In this document: one piece after another, positions 1 through 8,157 of the stretch
Position numbering within the stretch: position 1 is the stretch's first letter
Layout of the letters: every line of letters begins with the position of its first letter
Translations under genes and position numbers: made by a program
Origin: Bacteriovoracia bacterium
GTDB lineage: Bacteria > Bdellovibrionota > Bacteriovoracia > Bacteriovoracales > Bacteriovoracaceae
DNA length: 64,000 nucleotides
Direction of reading: 5' to 3'
Assembly (NCBI GenBank): GCA_046570105.1
Contig: JBKHVI010000006.1
Location: forward strand, 1-64,000
The notes under the pieces: model-generated
Told to the model about the DNA's origin: nothing
The model's database searches: none
Seen by the model: the letters and a program-made list of their open reading frames with translations, nothing else

Positions 1-2
1 AG

Positions 3-242
3 TTACCGATTGAACTTTGGCAGAGGGCCATTTATTTGTTGGATATCATGGATGCAGTGATTTCGATGGATGAACTTCAAGTAAAGGGATTTCCACCTTC
101 TCTTAGGCTTCATAAGTTAAAAGGGAATAGAAAAAATGAGTTCGCCATCGATATTAATAAAATAAGTGGTTGGAGAATTACGTTTCGCTTTTCGGATGGT
201 GATTTTTACGATGTCACGATTGAAAATTATCACGAAGGTTAA
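3..242 (+). CDS. higB: HigB/RelE-family toxin, 5' end outside the window
   Basis: The frame is open from base 3 (LPIELWQRAIYLLDIMD...). PPSLRLHKLKGNRKNEFAIDIN...WRITFRF...VTIENYH matches HigB killer-protein motifs, and the gene lies directly upstream of a HigA-like gene. Confidence 0.85.
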   Translation, partial: LPIELWQRAIYLLDIMDAVISMDELQVKGFPPSLRLHKLKGNRKNEFAIDINKISGWRITFRFSDGDFYDVTIENYHEG

Positions 243-250
243 GGATTTTT

Positions 251-556
251 ATGAAATTAAAAAGACAAAATACGAACAGACGCCCCAGTCACCCTGGAGA
301 GATTTTAAAGTCTCTCTGGTTGGATGAGTTGGGCCTTACTCAATCAGAGTTTGCTGAGAAACTTAGTAAGGCCACTGGAGGAAAAGTTAAAGTCTCAACG
401 ATGCAAACTAAGCTTAGCGAAGTCATTAACGGTAAGCGTTCAATGAGTGCCGATTTTGCTGTTCTGCTAGGCCATGTCTTGAAAACCTCACCGCGAATGT
501 GGATGAACTTACAGGTTAATCTCGATATATGGGAAGCTGAGAGAGCAGCAGCCTAG
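251..556 (+). CDS. higA: HigA-family antitoxin (Xre HTH)
   Basis: HPGEIL motif, LGLTQSEFA helix, GKRSMSADFA and WMNLQ. Toxin-first gene order is typical of higBA. Confidence 0.9.
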   Translation: MKLKRQNTNRRPSHPGEILKSLWLDELGLTQSEFAEKLSKATGGKVKVSTMQTKLSEVINGKRSMSADFAVLLGHVLKTSPRMWMNLQVNLDIWEAERAAA

Positions 557-664
557 TGGTAAAGTGAATTTTAGTTGTGAATAAATCCACACGCTAACAA
601 CAAACTCTCATTCAGATTTGTACGATGAAATCGTCTAGCCTTCTTCTCGACAAGGAGGTCAATT

Positions 665-1510
665 ATGTACAAGTTTATTTTGGCACTACTATTCTTCTTA
701 GCTTCTTCTTTCTCCTATGCCGTCTGTTCCGGGAATCTGCGTTTTTTTGAAATGGGTGACCCGGTAGATCAGAGTGTGTGGAAACTCAAAACGAGGGAGT
801 TTGTTCCAGCGTTAACCTTGTCACCCGTTATATTTATTTTACCACCCATCGTCGGAGAAACAGCACTTGATCGCCAATTGGCGATGCGGTTTTGTAACTC
901 CGGCATGACAGTTTATATTGTGCACATCACTCGGCCCATTCCTCGCGCGCGTGAAACGGAGGACTTCACTGTCCATGATGATGCTTATCTGCGTGCACAG
1001 GCGGCGATTCAATTTATGATGAACTGGCTTAATAGCGAGACTCTCACTCAGCGCAAGTTTGGTATTTTGGGAATGAGCTTAGGTGGTGTGCTGGCCTCCT
1101 ATGTGGCGGCGATGGAGCCGCAGATTGTGGCGAGTACCATCATCGCAGGCGCAGGAAATTCCGCAGGACTGATTGCTCATAGTGATCAACGGATTGTGGT
1201 AGAGCTGCGCTTGCGTCGAATGCGTGCTTTGGGAATTTCTAGTGTGGCAGACTACGAAGCAGAGTTGCGCAGAGTTTTAAGAATTGATCCGCTTGATGTG
1301 GTGGCGAGTATTGCACCTGGCTCGATGTATATGTTTATTCCTAATAGCGACACCACTGTGCCCGTGAGATATCAACGGCAGTTGCGCTATGCAGTTCGCG
1401 AGCCGTTAGTTTATGTCATGCGAGGTTTTCATAAGAGTGGTCTTATCAAGGCCACCTATTTACATGGAGGAAAAATCACTTCATTTTTTCGAAAACGATT
1501 ACTAAACTAA
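665..1510 (+). CDS. Secreted alpha/beta-hydrolase
   Basis: Signal peptide, GMSLGG nucleophile elbow, candidate Asp (DTTVP) and His (GFHK); RBS AAGGAGG. Confidence 0.7.
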   Translation: MYKFILALLFFLASSFSYAVCSGNLRFFEMGDPVDQSVWKLKTREFVPALTLSPVIFILPPIVGETALDRQLAMRFCNSGMTVYIVHITRPIPRARETEDFTVHDDAYLRAQAAIQFMMNWLNSETLTQRKFGILGMSLGGVLASYVAAMEPQIVASTIIAGAGNSAGLIAHSDQRIVVELRLRRMRALGISSVADYEAELRRVLRIDPLDVVASIAPGSMYMFIPNSDTTVPVRYQRQLRYAVREPLVYVMRGFHKSGLIKATYLHGGKITSFFRKRLLN

Positions 1511-1525
1511 GACATATTTAGATTC

Positions 1526-1550
1526 TGTTTGACATACCAAACACCCGTTT
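1526..1550. promoter_or_regulatory. Palindromic operator TGTTTG-N6-CAAACA containing TTGACA, upstream of the TonB-dependent receptor
   Basis: TGTTTGACATACCAAACACCCGTTT; a near-identical copy lies at 6111-6136. Confidence 0.6.
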
Positions 1551-1618
1551 AGTACATGTTACCTCACTATAATATCAAGCTGTTGCCATGCAACAAGCCC
1601 ACTATATGCGGAGGTTCC

Positions 1619-3673
1619 ATGCAGTTCATCGTACTCACGCTTCTGGCGATGGGAGTTAGTGCTCCTGTTTTAGCTGAAGAAGTTCTTGCTCCTATTAATG
1701 TTGAAACCAAACAAACATCGCCCGTGATTTGGAAAGAAGTCGAGGGCACTAAGATTTTGAGTGGTAAAAAAAATAAGGCCACTAAAACTGATATTCACCC
1801 ACCCATTGCCACCGATAATTTGCGCCAATTCTTCTCTCAGAACGCCGGCATCACTGTCGCTGAGCAAAGTACTGAGCCATGGCCTGCGTTCAACGTACGC
1901 GGCATTGGTGACCCGCACGAAGCGCAAAACGTTTTGATCTTGCAAGATGGTCTGCCACTTCCAATGGATATGTACGGTAGCGGTGGTCAATACTTCGCTC
2001 CTCCTGCTCCGATGATGGAAGAAATCGAAGTGATGGCCGGCGGTGCTGCGCTTATGTATGGTCCGCAACCTGGTGGAGCAGTGAACTTTCTTTCACCACG
2101 TTTGACCCGTGAAACTCCATTCGGCGGAAAAGTCGGGGTGAACTACGGTAGCTATAATTTGATGACCACTAACAACTCTGTAAAGGGTGTGAAGGGTAAG
2201 ACAGCTTATTGGGCGAGCTACTATCGCAAACAAGGTGATGGCTACCAGCGCGATAACGCTGATTTCTGGGCGCATAATCTTCAATTGAAAACTCACACGT
2301 ATCTCGACAACGGCAACACTTTCAAATTCTCTTTGCAAGGTTACGACTCTGACTTCGGTCAGGCCGGTGGTATGACCCGTAATTGTGGTGCTGTGAATGC
2401 CAACTGCTGGGATGGTGAAGGTGATAATCGTAAAGCGACACGTATGCATGATCGCTTGAAGATTGCTCGCGCTCTTACTTCATTGGGTTATGAGCAAAAG
2501 CTCAATACCAACACAACGCTTGAGACAACTCTCTGGGCGGTTACTTATAAGCGCTACTCGGCAACACAGAATAATACCGGTTCAAACTTCGGAACGATTC
2601 CTACTCAAGACACATCTGCTAACCGTGAGAACAACACTCATAGTTTCAATCTTGAGTCACGCATGCGCCATGACTGGAAGATGGGAGACAATGAAAATAC
2701 TTTGACTGCTGGATTCTTAAGCTACAACGCAAATAACTTAGCGACTTCATGGACTGGCCAAGACCGTCAGAGTATTCGCGGTGATCGTACTGCGCGCGGT
2801 CAGAACCAAAGTCGTGTTATGGCACTCTTTGCAGAAAACCGTTTCGCCTTTGGTAAATGGGCGATCGTTCCAGGTGTCCGCATGGAGAACATCACTCTTA
2901 CTGCGGAAAACTTTATTGATGATAGAAATAGATCTGAGACATTTAATGTTTTCCTAGGCGGTCTTGGGACTAGCTATGATGTAACTGCAAACTCGCAAGC
3001 TTACGCTAACGTGTCACAAGGTTTCAAACCAGTAGGATTCGGAACTGTTCTTGCTCAGGCCAATCCTTTGACTGAAGTGAAAGGTGATCTCGCTCCTTCT
3101 TATATTTATAACTACGAACTTGGTTACCGCGGTGACGTGACTCGCTGGAATTGGGATGTGTCAGGTTACTGGGTACACTACCAAAACCAAATCGTAACGA
3201 GTGGTAACACAATCACCAACGGTCGCTCAGCACGCTACCGTGGTGTAGAAGCTTCTTTGACTCATAAGAATGTACTCTCTCACGATGTTCATGCGCTTGA
3301 TCTCTATGCGAACGCCAACTTCCTTGATGCTCAGTTCTTGAAAGGCACTAACAACGGTAACCGTACTATGTATTCACCTCCGCTGACTGTTAAGTACGGT
3401 GCGATTTACAAGCATGGCGAAAAGTGGCGCACGTCTTTGCTTGCGACTTATTTAACTGGCCACTACGCAGATGATGCTGAGAGCGATGATCGCTACATTC
3501 CTTCGTATCAAGTGTTTGATCTCTTGGCAGAAGCGCGCATCGGTCAAAACTGGTCGGTGAATGGTGCGATTAATAATCTTTTGGATAAGACGTATTACTC
3601 ACGCATCATGGCCTCAGGGATCTTGCCGATGATGGGGCGCAACTTCTACGCGGGTGCGACTTATAAGTTTTAA
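1619..3673 (+). CDS. TonB-dependent outer-membrane receptor (FecA-like)
   Basis: Start reassigned to ATG 1619 (GGAGG RBS, signal peptide). Plug motifs FNVRG, ILQDGLP and IEVMAGGAALMYGP..GGAVNF; barrel end INNLLDKTYY...GRNFYAGATYKF with terminal Phe. Confidence 0.9.
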   Translation: MQFIVLTLLAMGVSAPVLAEEVLAPINVETKQTSPVIWKEVEGTKILSGKKNKATKTDIHPPIATDNLRQFFSQNAGITVAEQSTEPWPAFNVRGIGDPHEAQNVLILQDGLPLPMDMYGSGGQYFAPPAPMMEEIEVMAGGAALMYGPQPGGAVNFLSPRLTRETPFGGKVGVNYGSYNLMTTNNSVKGVKGKTAYWASYYRKQGDGYQRDNADFWAHNLQLKTHTYLDNGNTFKFSLQGYDSDFGQAGGMTRNCGAVNANCWDGEGDNRKATRMHDRLKIARALTSLGYEQKLNTNTTLETTLWAVTYKRYSATQNNTGSNFGTIPTQDTSANRENNTHSFNLESRMRHDWKMGDNENTLTAGFLSYNANNLATSWTGQDRQSIRGDRTARGQNQSRVMALFAENRFAFGKWAIVPGVRMENITLTAENFIDDRNRSETFNVFLGGLGTSYDVTANSQAYANVSQGFKPVGFGTVLAQANPLTEVKGDLAPSYIYNYELGYRGDVTRWNWDVSGYWVHYQNQIVTSGNTITNGRSARYRGVEASLTHKNVLSHDVHALDLYANANFLDAQFLKGTNNGNRTMYSPPLTVKYGAIYKHGEKWRTSLLATYLTGHYADDAESDDRYIPSYQVFDLLAEARIGQNWSVNGAINNLLDKTYYSRIMASGILPMMGRNFYAGATYKF

Positions 3674-3677
3674 TTAA

Positions 3678-3868
3678 TGAACGGTCGAATTTGAATATTT
3701 ATCACTCAAATTCGACCGTCTCATCCTGGCGCACAGAACGGTTTGAGTAATAAGCTTCATGCCAGGATGATTCAAGCATCGAACGCAGTCTGCACGAGGC
3801 GTCCTCAAGTAGATCTTTGTTATGGAAACTGATCTAAGTTTCGGACTGAACGGTCGAATTTGAGTGAT
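3678..3868. repeat. Structured intergenic element: 19-bp inverted repeat, 17-bp direct repeat and nested hairpins (candidate ncRNA or REP/MITE-like element)
   Basis: ATCACTCAAATTCGACCGT (3701-3719) pairs with ACGGTCGAATTTGAGTGAT (3850-3868); TGAACGGTCGAATTTGA occurs at 3678 and 3847; TCATCCTGGC/GCCAGGATGA (3721/3761); GAAACT/AGTTTC (3825/3837). Confidence 0.75.
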
Positions 3869-3890
3869 TGAAAAGAAAAAATGATAGGCA

Positions 3891-3922
3891 AAAAGAAAGC
3901 CTCCCTTACGGGAGGCTTTTTT
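3891..3922. terminator. Bidirectional intrinsic terminator
   Basis: AAAGCCTCCC-TTAC-GGGAGGCTTT with A and T tracts on both sides, between convergent genes. Confidence 0.85.
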
Positions 3923-3926
3923 ATTT

Positions 3927-4877
3927 CTAGAAGACGTTAACACTCGCGCTGATGGCGATGTTTGTACGGTCAGAACGGATATCAGATGGAATGAACTGGA
4001 TATTTGGGTAAAGGAAAATGTCGCGTGTAACAGAAATTCCTAAACCAACAGATTGATAAACTTTAAGCTTATCCCAAGTGTTGTGATCCAAGCTCTTGTC
4101 TTGTTGATAAACCCACTGACCAAAAATTGTACGAAGATTGAAAGTATCGTTAATTACGTACTCTGCCATCGGATAAAGGCCCGCGTTGTTTGTCGCGAGA
4201 GAATCATCATCTTTGCTATGTGTGTAAAAACCGTAGGCCAAAAGCACACCGACTGAAGCACCGGTTTTGCCGATATCGTAAAGGAAGTTTTGGCTGATAT
4301 CCCAGTAAGACTCGTAGCCAGCTTCTTCAAGTTGGTTGTTAGTGATCAAAGTACCAGAAACAGTCGTCACTGATTGAACACCAAAAATTTTATGAAGGTG
4401 AGTGTAACGAACTGCTGGATCGTTCACATTCAATTCACGGTTAGTGTCATCAAAGGCTTTCTTACGAACTGGATCGCGAGAAGAGTTGCGAAGCTTGTCG
4501 TGGAAAGGAGTACTGATAAAGAAGCCAGTACTGGCCGTGATACTGTCGAACGTTGAGATACGGTAACGGATACCGAGAGAGCCTGAGAAGTTTTGGAAGG
4601 TCAAAACGTCGCGTCCTGCAGTGATATTCGGGCGCTCTGGGTTGAGAGGGTCAGCTACTGAACCACCCGAGTAATCGAATGATGTTGAAGCACTCCACTT
4701 AGAGAGTGAGCCAGACTCAGCACGAAGCTTACGGTTAGTAATAACTTCATCGGCCTCGTCCGTCGTTTTTGTCTCAGCAGTTGCTTTGACTTCAGTTGTT
4801 TCTTTCTTTTTTTCTTGAGCGTAAGCAGCGAGGCTTACCATCAGAATCAGCGGTAACACTTTCTTGAATTGTGACAT
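3927..4877 (-). CDS. Outer-membrane beta-barrel protein, paralog 2
   Basis: Start reassigned to ATG 4877 (GAGG RBS, signal peptide AAYA-QE). Amphipathic beta-strands and terminal Phe (ASVNVF); clear paralog of 4994..5959. Confidence 0.75.
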   Translation of the reverse strand: MSQFKKVLPLILMVSLAAYAQEKKKETTEVKATAETKTTDEADEVITNRKLRAESGSLSKWSASTSFDYSGGSVADPLNPERPNITAGRDVLTFQNFSGSLGIRYRISTFDSITASTGFFISTPFHDKLRNSSRDPVRKKAFDDTNRELNVNDPAVRYTHLHKIFGVQSVTTVSGTLITNNQLEEAGYESYWDISQNFLYDIGKTGASVGVLLAYGFYTHSKDDDSLATNNAGLYPMAEYVINDTFNLRTIFGQWVYQQDKSLDHNTWDKLKVYQSVGLGISVTRDIFLYPNIQFIPSDIRSDRTNIAISASVNVF

Positions 4878-4942
4878 ACAAACCTCGTTATTGATGATTG
4901 CGAACTTTATTTCTTTTACAGTGTCGAAGACAGCATGCAAAT

Positions 4943-4972
4943 AAAAAAGCCTCCCCGGAGGGAGGCTTTTTT
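4943..4972 (-). terminator. Intrinsic terminator after beta-barrel paralog 1
   Basis: AAAAAAGCCTCCC-CGGA-GGGAGGCTTTTTT; the stem is identical to the one at 3896-3919. Confidence 0.85.
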
Positions 4973-4993
4973 GCACAAACTTGTGAATGAAAA

Positions 4994-5959
4994 TTAGAAC
5001 AAGTTAATGTTCGCGCTGATCGCGATGTTCGTACGATCATCACGTACATCACTTGGGATGAACTGAATGTTCGGATAGAGGAACACATCGCGAGTAACAG
5101 AGATTCCCAAACCAACAGACTGATAAACTTTACGCTTTACGTATGTGTTGGCATCGTCACCGCGAGTTTTTTGGTAAACCCACTGACCGAATACAGTACG
5201 AAGATTGTAAGTGTCATTGATGACGTATTCAGCAGCAGGGTAGACACCCAAAACTTGATCGGCCAAAGCGTCGTTTTGCTTTTGGAAAGTGTAGAGGACG
5301 GCTTGGAAAGCCACACCAGCAGAAAGACCGTTGCCGAAATCTTTCATGAAGGTTTGAGAAGGAACGTGTGAAGTTTCGTAACCAGCATCAGACAACTGAG
5401 CGTTTGTGATCCAAGTAGATGACCAGCTCGTGATTGATTGAATGCCAAGAACTGAACCGACGTGAGAGTAACGAAGGCTTGGGTCGTTAGCTGTCGCTTT
5501 TTGTTTGTTGTCGTTGAAGTTTTTCTTCAAACCTGGATCATTTGTTTTGATGCTTGAGTGGAAAGGAGTGGTCATGTTCACACCACCGCTCAAGTTCAAG
5601 CTATCAAACTTTGTAATACGGTAACGGATGCCGATATCACCTGAAAGGTTTTGGAGAGTCAGAGCATCTGCACCAGCAACGATGTTCGGACGTTGAGCAG
5701 CACCTGGTTTTTCAACTGAACCACCTGAGTAGTTCCAGAAAGTACGTACTGACCAGTTTGAGTTAGAGCCAAGGTCAGCGCGAAGACGGCGGTTAGTGAT
5801 AACCTGGTCTTGCTCATCTTCTTTCTTCTCAGCTGAGGCTTCAGCTTTTACTTCAGCAGCAGGTTTTTCAGCAGTTTTTTTCTTTTCTTGTGCCAAGGCA
5901 CCAAAAGAAAAAGCTGCGATTAGTAGTGAAACAACAACGTAATTGAACTTTACAAGCAT
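4994..5959 (-). CDS. Outer-membrane beta-barrel protein, paralog 1
   Basis: Signal peptide (ALA-QE), ITNRRLRADLGS motif shared with paralog 2, terminal Phe (NINLF); RBS GAGGAG. Confidence 0.75.
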   Translation of the reverse strand: MLVKFNYVVVSLLIAAFSFGALAQEKKKTAEKPAAEVKAEASAEKKEDEQDQVITNRRLRADLGSNSNWSVRTFWNYSGGSVEKPGAAQRPNIVAGADALTLQNLSGDIGIRYRITKFDSLNLSGGVNMTTPFHSSIKTNDPGLKKNFNDNKQKATANDPSLRYSHVGSVLGIQSITSWSSTWITNAQLSDAGYETSHVPSQTFMKDFGNGLSAGVAFQAVLYTFQKQNDALADQVLGVYPAAEYVINDTYNLRTVFGQWVYQKTRGDDANTYVKRKVYQSVGLGISVTRDVFLYPNIQFIPSDVRDDRTNIAISANINLF

Positions 5960-6110
5960 GACATCTCCTCGATTCTCTTAGTGAATTCTGAAGCATGCTA
6001 ACAAGTAAAAGAGTCATCTAACAAAGCAGAATTTCAAACATTTACCGATTCACTCAACAAATGATGTTATATCAAATGGTTAAGTCGTATTTTTGGGGCC
6101 ATTCCAAAGA

Positions 6111-6136
6111 GTGTTTGACTAGCCAAACACAGGTTT
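6111..6136. promoter_or_regulatory. Palindromic operator GTGTTTG-N6-CAAACAC upstream of the PepSY-TM gene
   Basis: GTGTTTGACTAGCCAAACACAGGTTTG; second copy of the 1526 motif. Confidence 0.6.
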
Positions 6137-6208
6137 GTTAGATGTAACGGAGTCAAAATGACACTGATTTTGAAGGCTTAAACCATTTTTTTCCCCTCTC
6201 AGGCACCC

Positions 6209-7174
6209 ATGAACCGAAAAATCTACTGGCTCCATAAACATCTCGCTTTGGTTTTCTCTTTACCGCTTCTCTTGATGGCCATTTCTGGCTTCATTATCAC
6301 GTTGGCACCAGAGGGAGAGAGGCCTCCAGAGTTAGCCCCCGCAAGTGTTGCAAAAATATTTGAGAGCGCCATTTCTAAGAGTGAAAAAATACAAATTGCA
6401 CGCTTAATGATGAGAGGTCCTGGCGGTAGTCAGCCTCATTTGATGGTTTCGGAAAACGATCAGAGAAAACTTATTTGGCTAGAGAATGATGAGTGGCGCG
6501 AGAAGATTTTGAGTGATGATTTTTTCTACCTTAATAAGCATTTTCATGAAGGTTTTTTGATTCCAGGTATTGGAAAAAAAATAGTCGCTGTAAGTGGGCT
6601 AGGTCTCTTTTTCATTGTGTTGAGTGGTTGCTTATTCTGGTTGATCACCACACCTGTTTGGACTCGCACCAAGAGATTATGGTTGGAGCGTCGTGCACGT
6701 CTCTCAACTTGGCACATCCTATTAGGTCTTCTGCTGGGAATTCCGCTTTTGTTTCAGTCGATAACTGGAAGCTTGATCGAGCTCAATAGTTTAATTTGGA
6801 GCGATCAACCTAGCATCACTCATGAAAAACCAGCCAGCTGTTCAATTGAAGAGCAAAAAAACTTGCTGACGAGTTTAGAGAGCGAAGTAACGTTCGCGTT
6901 TTTATGTCGTCCTGGCGAGCCGTACGTTTGGGTGCGAACGAAGAGTGGTACCATCACTCGCTATACACCTACAGGCGTTCCTGTGATGTCCTATGGGGCG
7001 GAGAAATGGCAGGGAAGTGCACTTACTCGTAAAGGGTATTTCGTGGGTCTGCATGAAGGTAAATTCTTAGGGGAGTGGCATCATCTCTATAACCGTATCA
7101 TGGGGCTTGCTTTGCTGTTTTTCACACTTTCAGGCCTTTGGATTTGGCTAAAAAAGCGATTAGCTCGGAAATAA
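6209..7174 (+). CDS. PepSY-associated TM helix protein (iron-regulated membrane protein family)
   Basis: WLHKHLAL..LMAISG, HFHEG, WHILLG..SITG and LHEG...LSGLWIW repeats of His-containing TM helices. Confidence 0.8.
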   Translation: MNRKIYWLHKHLALVFSLPLLLMAISGFIITLAPEGERPPELAPASVAKIFESAISKSEKIQIARLMMRGPGGSQPHLMVSENDQRKLIWLENDEWREKILSDDFFYLNKHFHEGFLIPGIGKKIVAVSGLGLFFIVLSGCLFWLITTPVWTRTKRLWLERRARLSTWHILLGLLLGIPLLFQSITGSLIELNSLIWSDQPSITHEKPASCSIEEQKNLLTSLESEVTFAFLCRPGEPYVWVRTKSGTITRYTPTGVPVMSYGAEKWQGSALTRKGYFVGLHEGKFLGEWHHLYNRIMGLALLFFTLSGLWIWLKKRLARK

Positions 7175-7227
7175 ACGGTCATCCTTGCCCACTCATGTTT
7201 TGCTCTCTCAAAAGGTAAAATGAGAGA

Positions 7228-8127
7228 GTGAAAACTGATATGGGCCCTTATGCGGCACCTTATAATTTAAATAAAACGGCGACACCCATCAAGCGAGTGG
7301 GTGGAGCTCCTGCGCCACTTTTGCCGACTGATGGGAAGACTTCAACTGGCAAAGACTACAAAGTCGACTTATCAGACGCAGCAAAAAATCCAGCACCAAC
7401 TCCTCCAGCAACGTCGACTCCTGCAATTCCGAGTGTGAGTTTGCCTTCCGCACCTTCTGTTTCTTTGCCTGATTTACCATCACTGCCAGATTCCGAACCG
7501 GTGAAGGAAGTGGCCAAGGAAGTTGCTAAAGATGAGGCGCTGGAGAAAGCCAAAGCAGCGGCCAAGGCCGAAGAGAAAATCAAAGCAGGTTCAGTCAAAA
7601 AACCGGCCATCGTGTTTGTGACTGGCTGGCAAGGTATGTTCTCACCTTCTAAATCAGAAGGCAGTTACGCAGGTGTAGGGCGCATGGCCGAAGCGGTCGA
7701 GGGCTCGCGCTTGTATGATTGGAATCAAAAAGATGAAATCATCGAACATATCAAAAAAACGCATGCTGATTTTCCCATAATTTTGGTGGGTCATTCGTTG
7801 GGTGGAGACACGGTTAAAGAGATTGCTGATGAACTTGATTCACTCGAGCATAATTTTCGCTCGGTGGATTTATTAGTCACTCTCGATGCTGTTGGGTTTA
7901 ATAACGATATCATTCCACAAAATGTGAAAGAACATTTGAACGTATTTGCAGAAACCAATGTGCTCTTAAATGATGGTCCCCATGTGGCCCGTCGCCATGA
8001 AAAAACCGACGTGAAAAACATCCTTTCACCCCTTGATCACACGGACTTAGATGATGCCAAAGATATCCAGTATGAGATCGTGCAAGCTATTGAAAAAGCG
8101 ATCTCAAATCGTCGAAATTTGACCTAA
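7228..8127 (+). CDS. Alpha/beta-hydrolase domain with a long Pro/Ser/Ala/Lys-rich N-terminus
   Basis: IILVGHSLGG, LVTLDAV and LDHTDLD give a candidate catalytic triad; no Sec signal peptide. Confidence 0.65.
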   Translation: MKTDMGPYAAPYNLNKTATPIKRVGGAPAPLLPTDGKTSTGKDYKVDLSDAAKNPAPTPPATSTPAIPSVSLPSAPSVSLPDLPSLPDSEPVKEVAKEVAKDEALEKAKAAAKAEEKIKAGSVKKPAIVFVTGWQGMFSPSKSEGSYAGVGRMAEAVEGSRLYDWNQKDEIIEHIKKTHADFPIILVGHSLGGDTVKEIADELDSLEHNFRSVDLLVTLDAVGFNNDIIPQNVKEHLNVFAETNVLLNDGPHVARRHEKTDVKNILSPLDHTDLDDAKDIQYEIVQAIEKAISNRRNLT

Positions 8128-8152
8128 ATTCTTATGCAATAAAGTCCGATAA
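8125..8152 (+). promoter_or_regulatory. Sigma28 (FliA)-like promoter
   Basis: TAAA-N16-TCCGATAA immediately upstream of the start at 8158/8161. Confidence 0.5.
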
Positions 8153-8157
8153 AGCCT

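Noticed and set aside
1556..1618. N-terminal extensions in the ORF track (also 4976, 9657, 14892, 17647, 18940, 26681, 36420, 42777, 45713, 49940)
   Set aside because: Downstream starts fit an RBS, signal peptide or family N-terminus better; the extensions run through promoters, terminators or neighbouring genes.
3701..3868. Retron msr-msd, or pistol/hammerhead/HDV ribozyme identity for the structured element
   Set aside because: The flanking inverted repeats with inner hairpins resemble a retron ncRNA, but there is no reverse transcriptase in the window, and I could not place the conserved catalytic cores of these ribozymes. It is left unassigned.
3678..3868. CRISPR mini-array or attC site
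   Set aside because: The repeats are in mixed orientation with irregular spacing; there are no cas or integrase genes and no RYYYAAC/GTTRRRY ends.
3674..3943. 89-aa minus-strand ORF across the structured element
   Set aside because: It starts inside the beta-barrel gene end, runs through a terminator and inverted repeats, and has no RBS or protein-like features.
7203..7228. CTCTCTCA/TGAGAGAG hairpin touching the 7228 start
   Set aside because: It is low-complexity, and would not be transcribed intact if the gene is leaderless; it may just be a weak terminator for the upstream gene.
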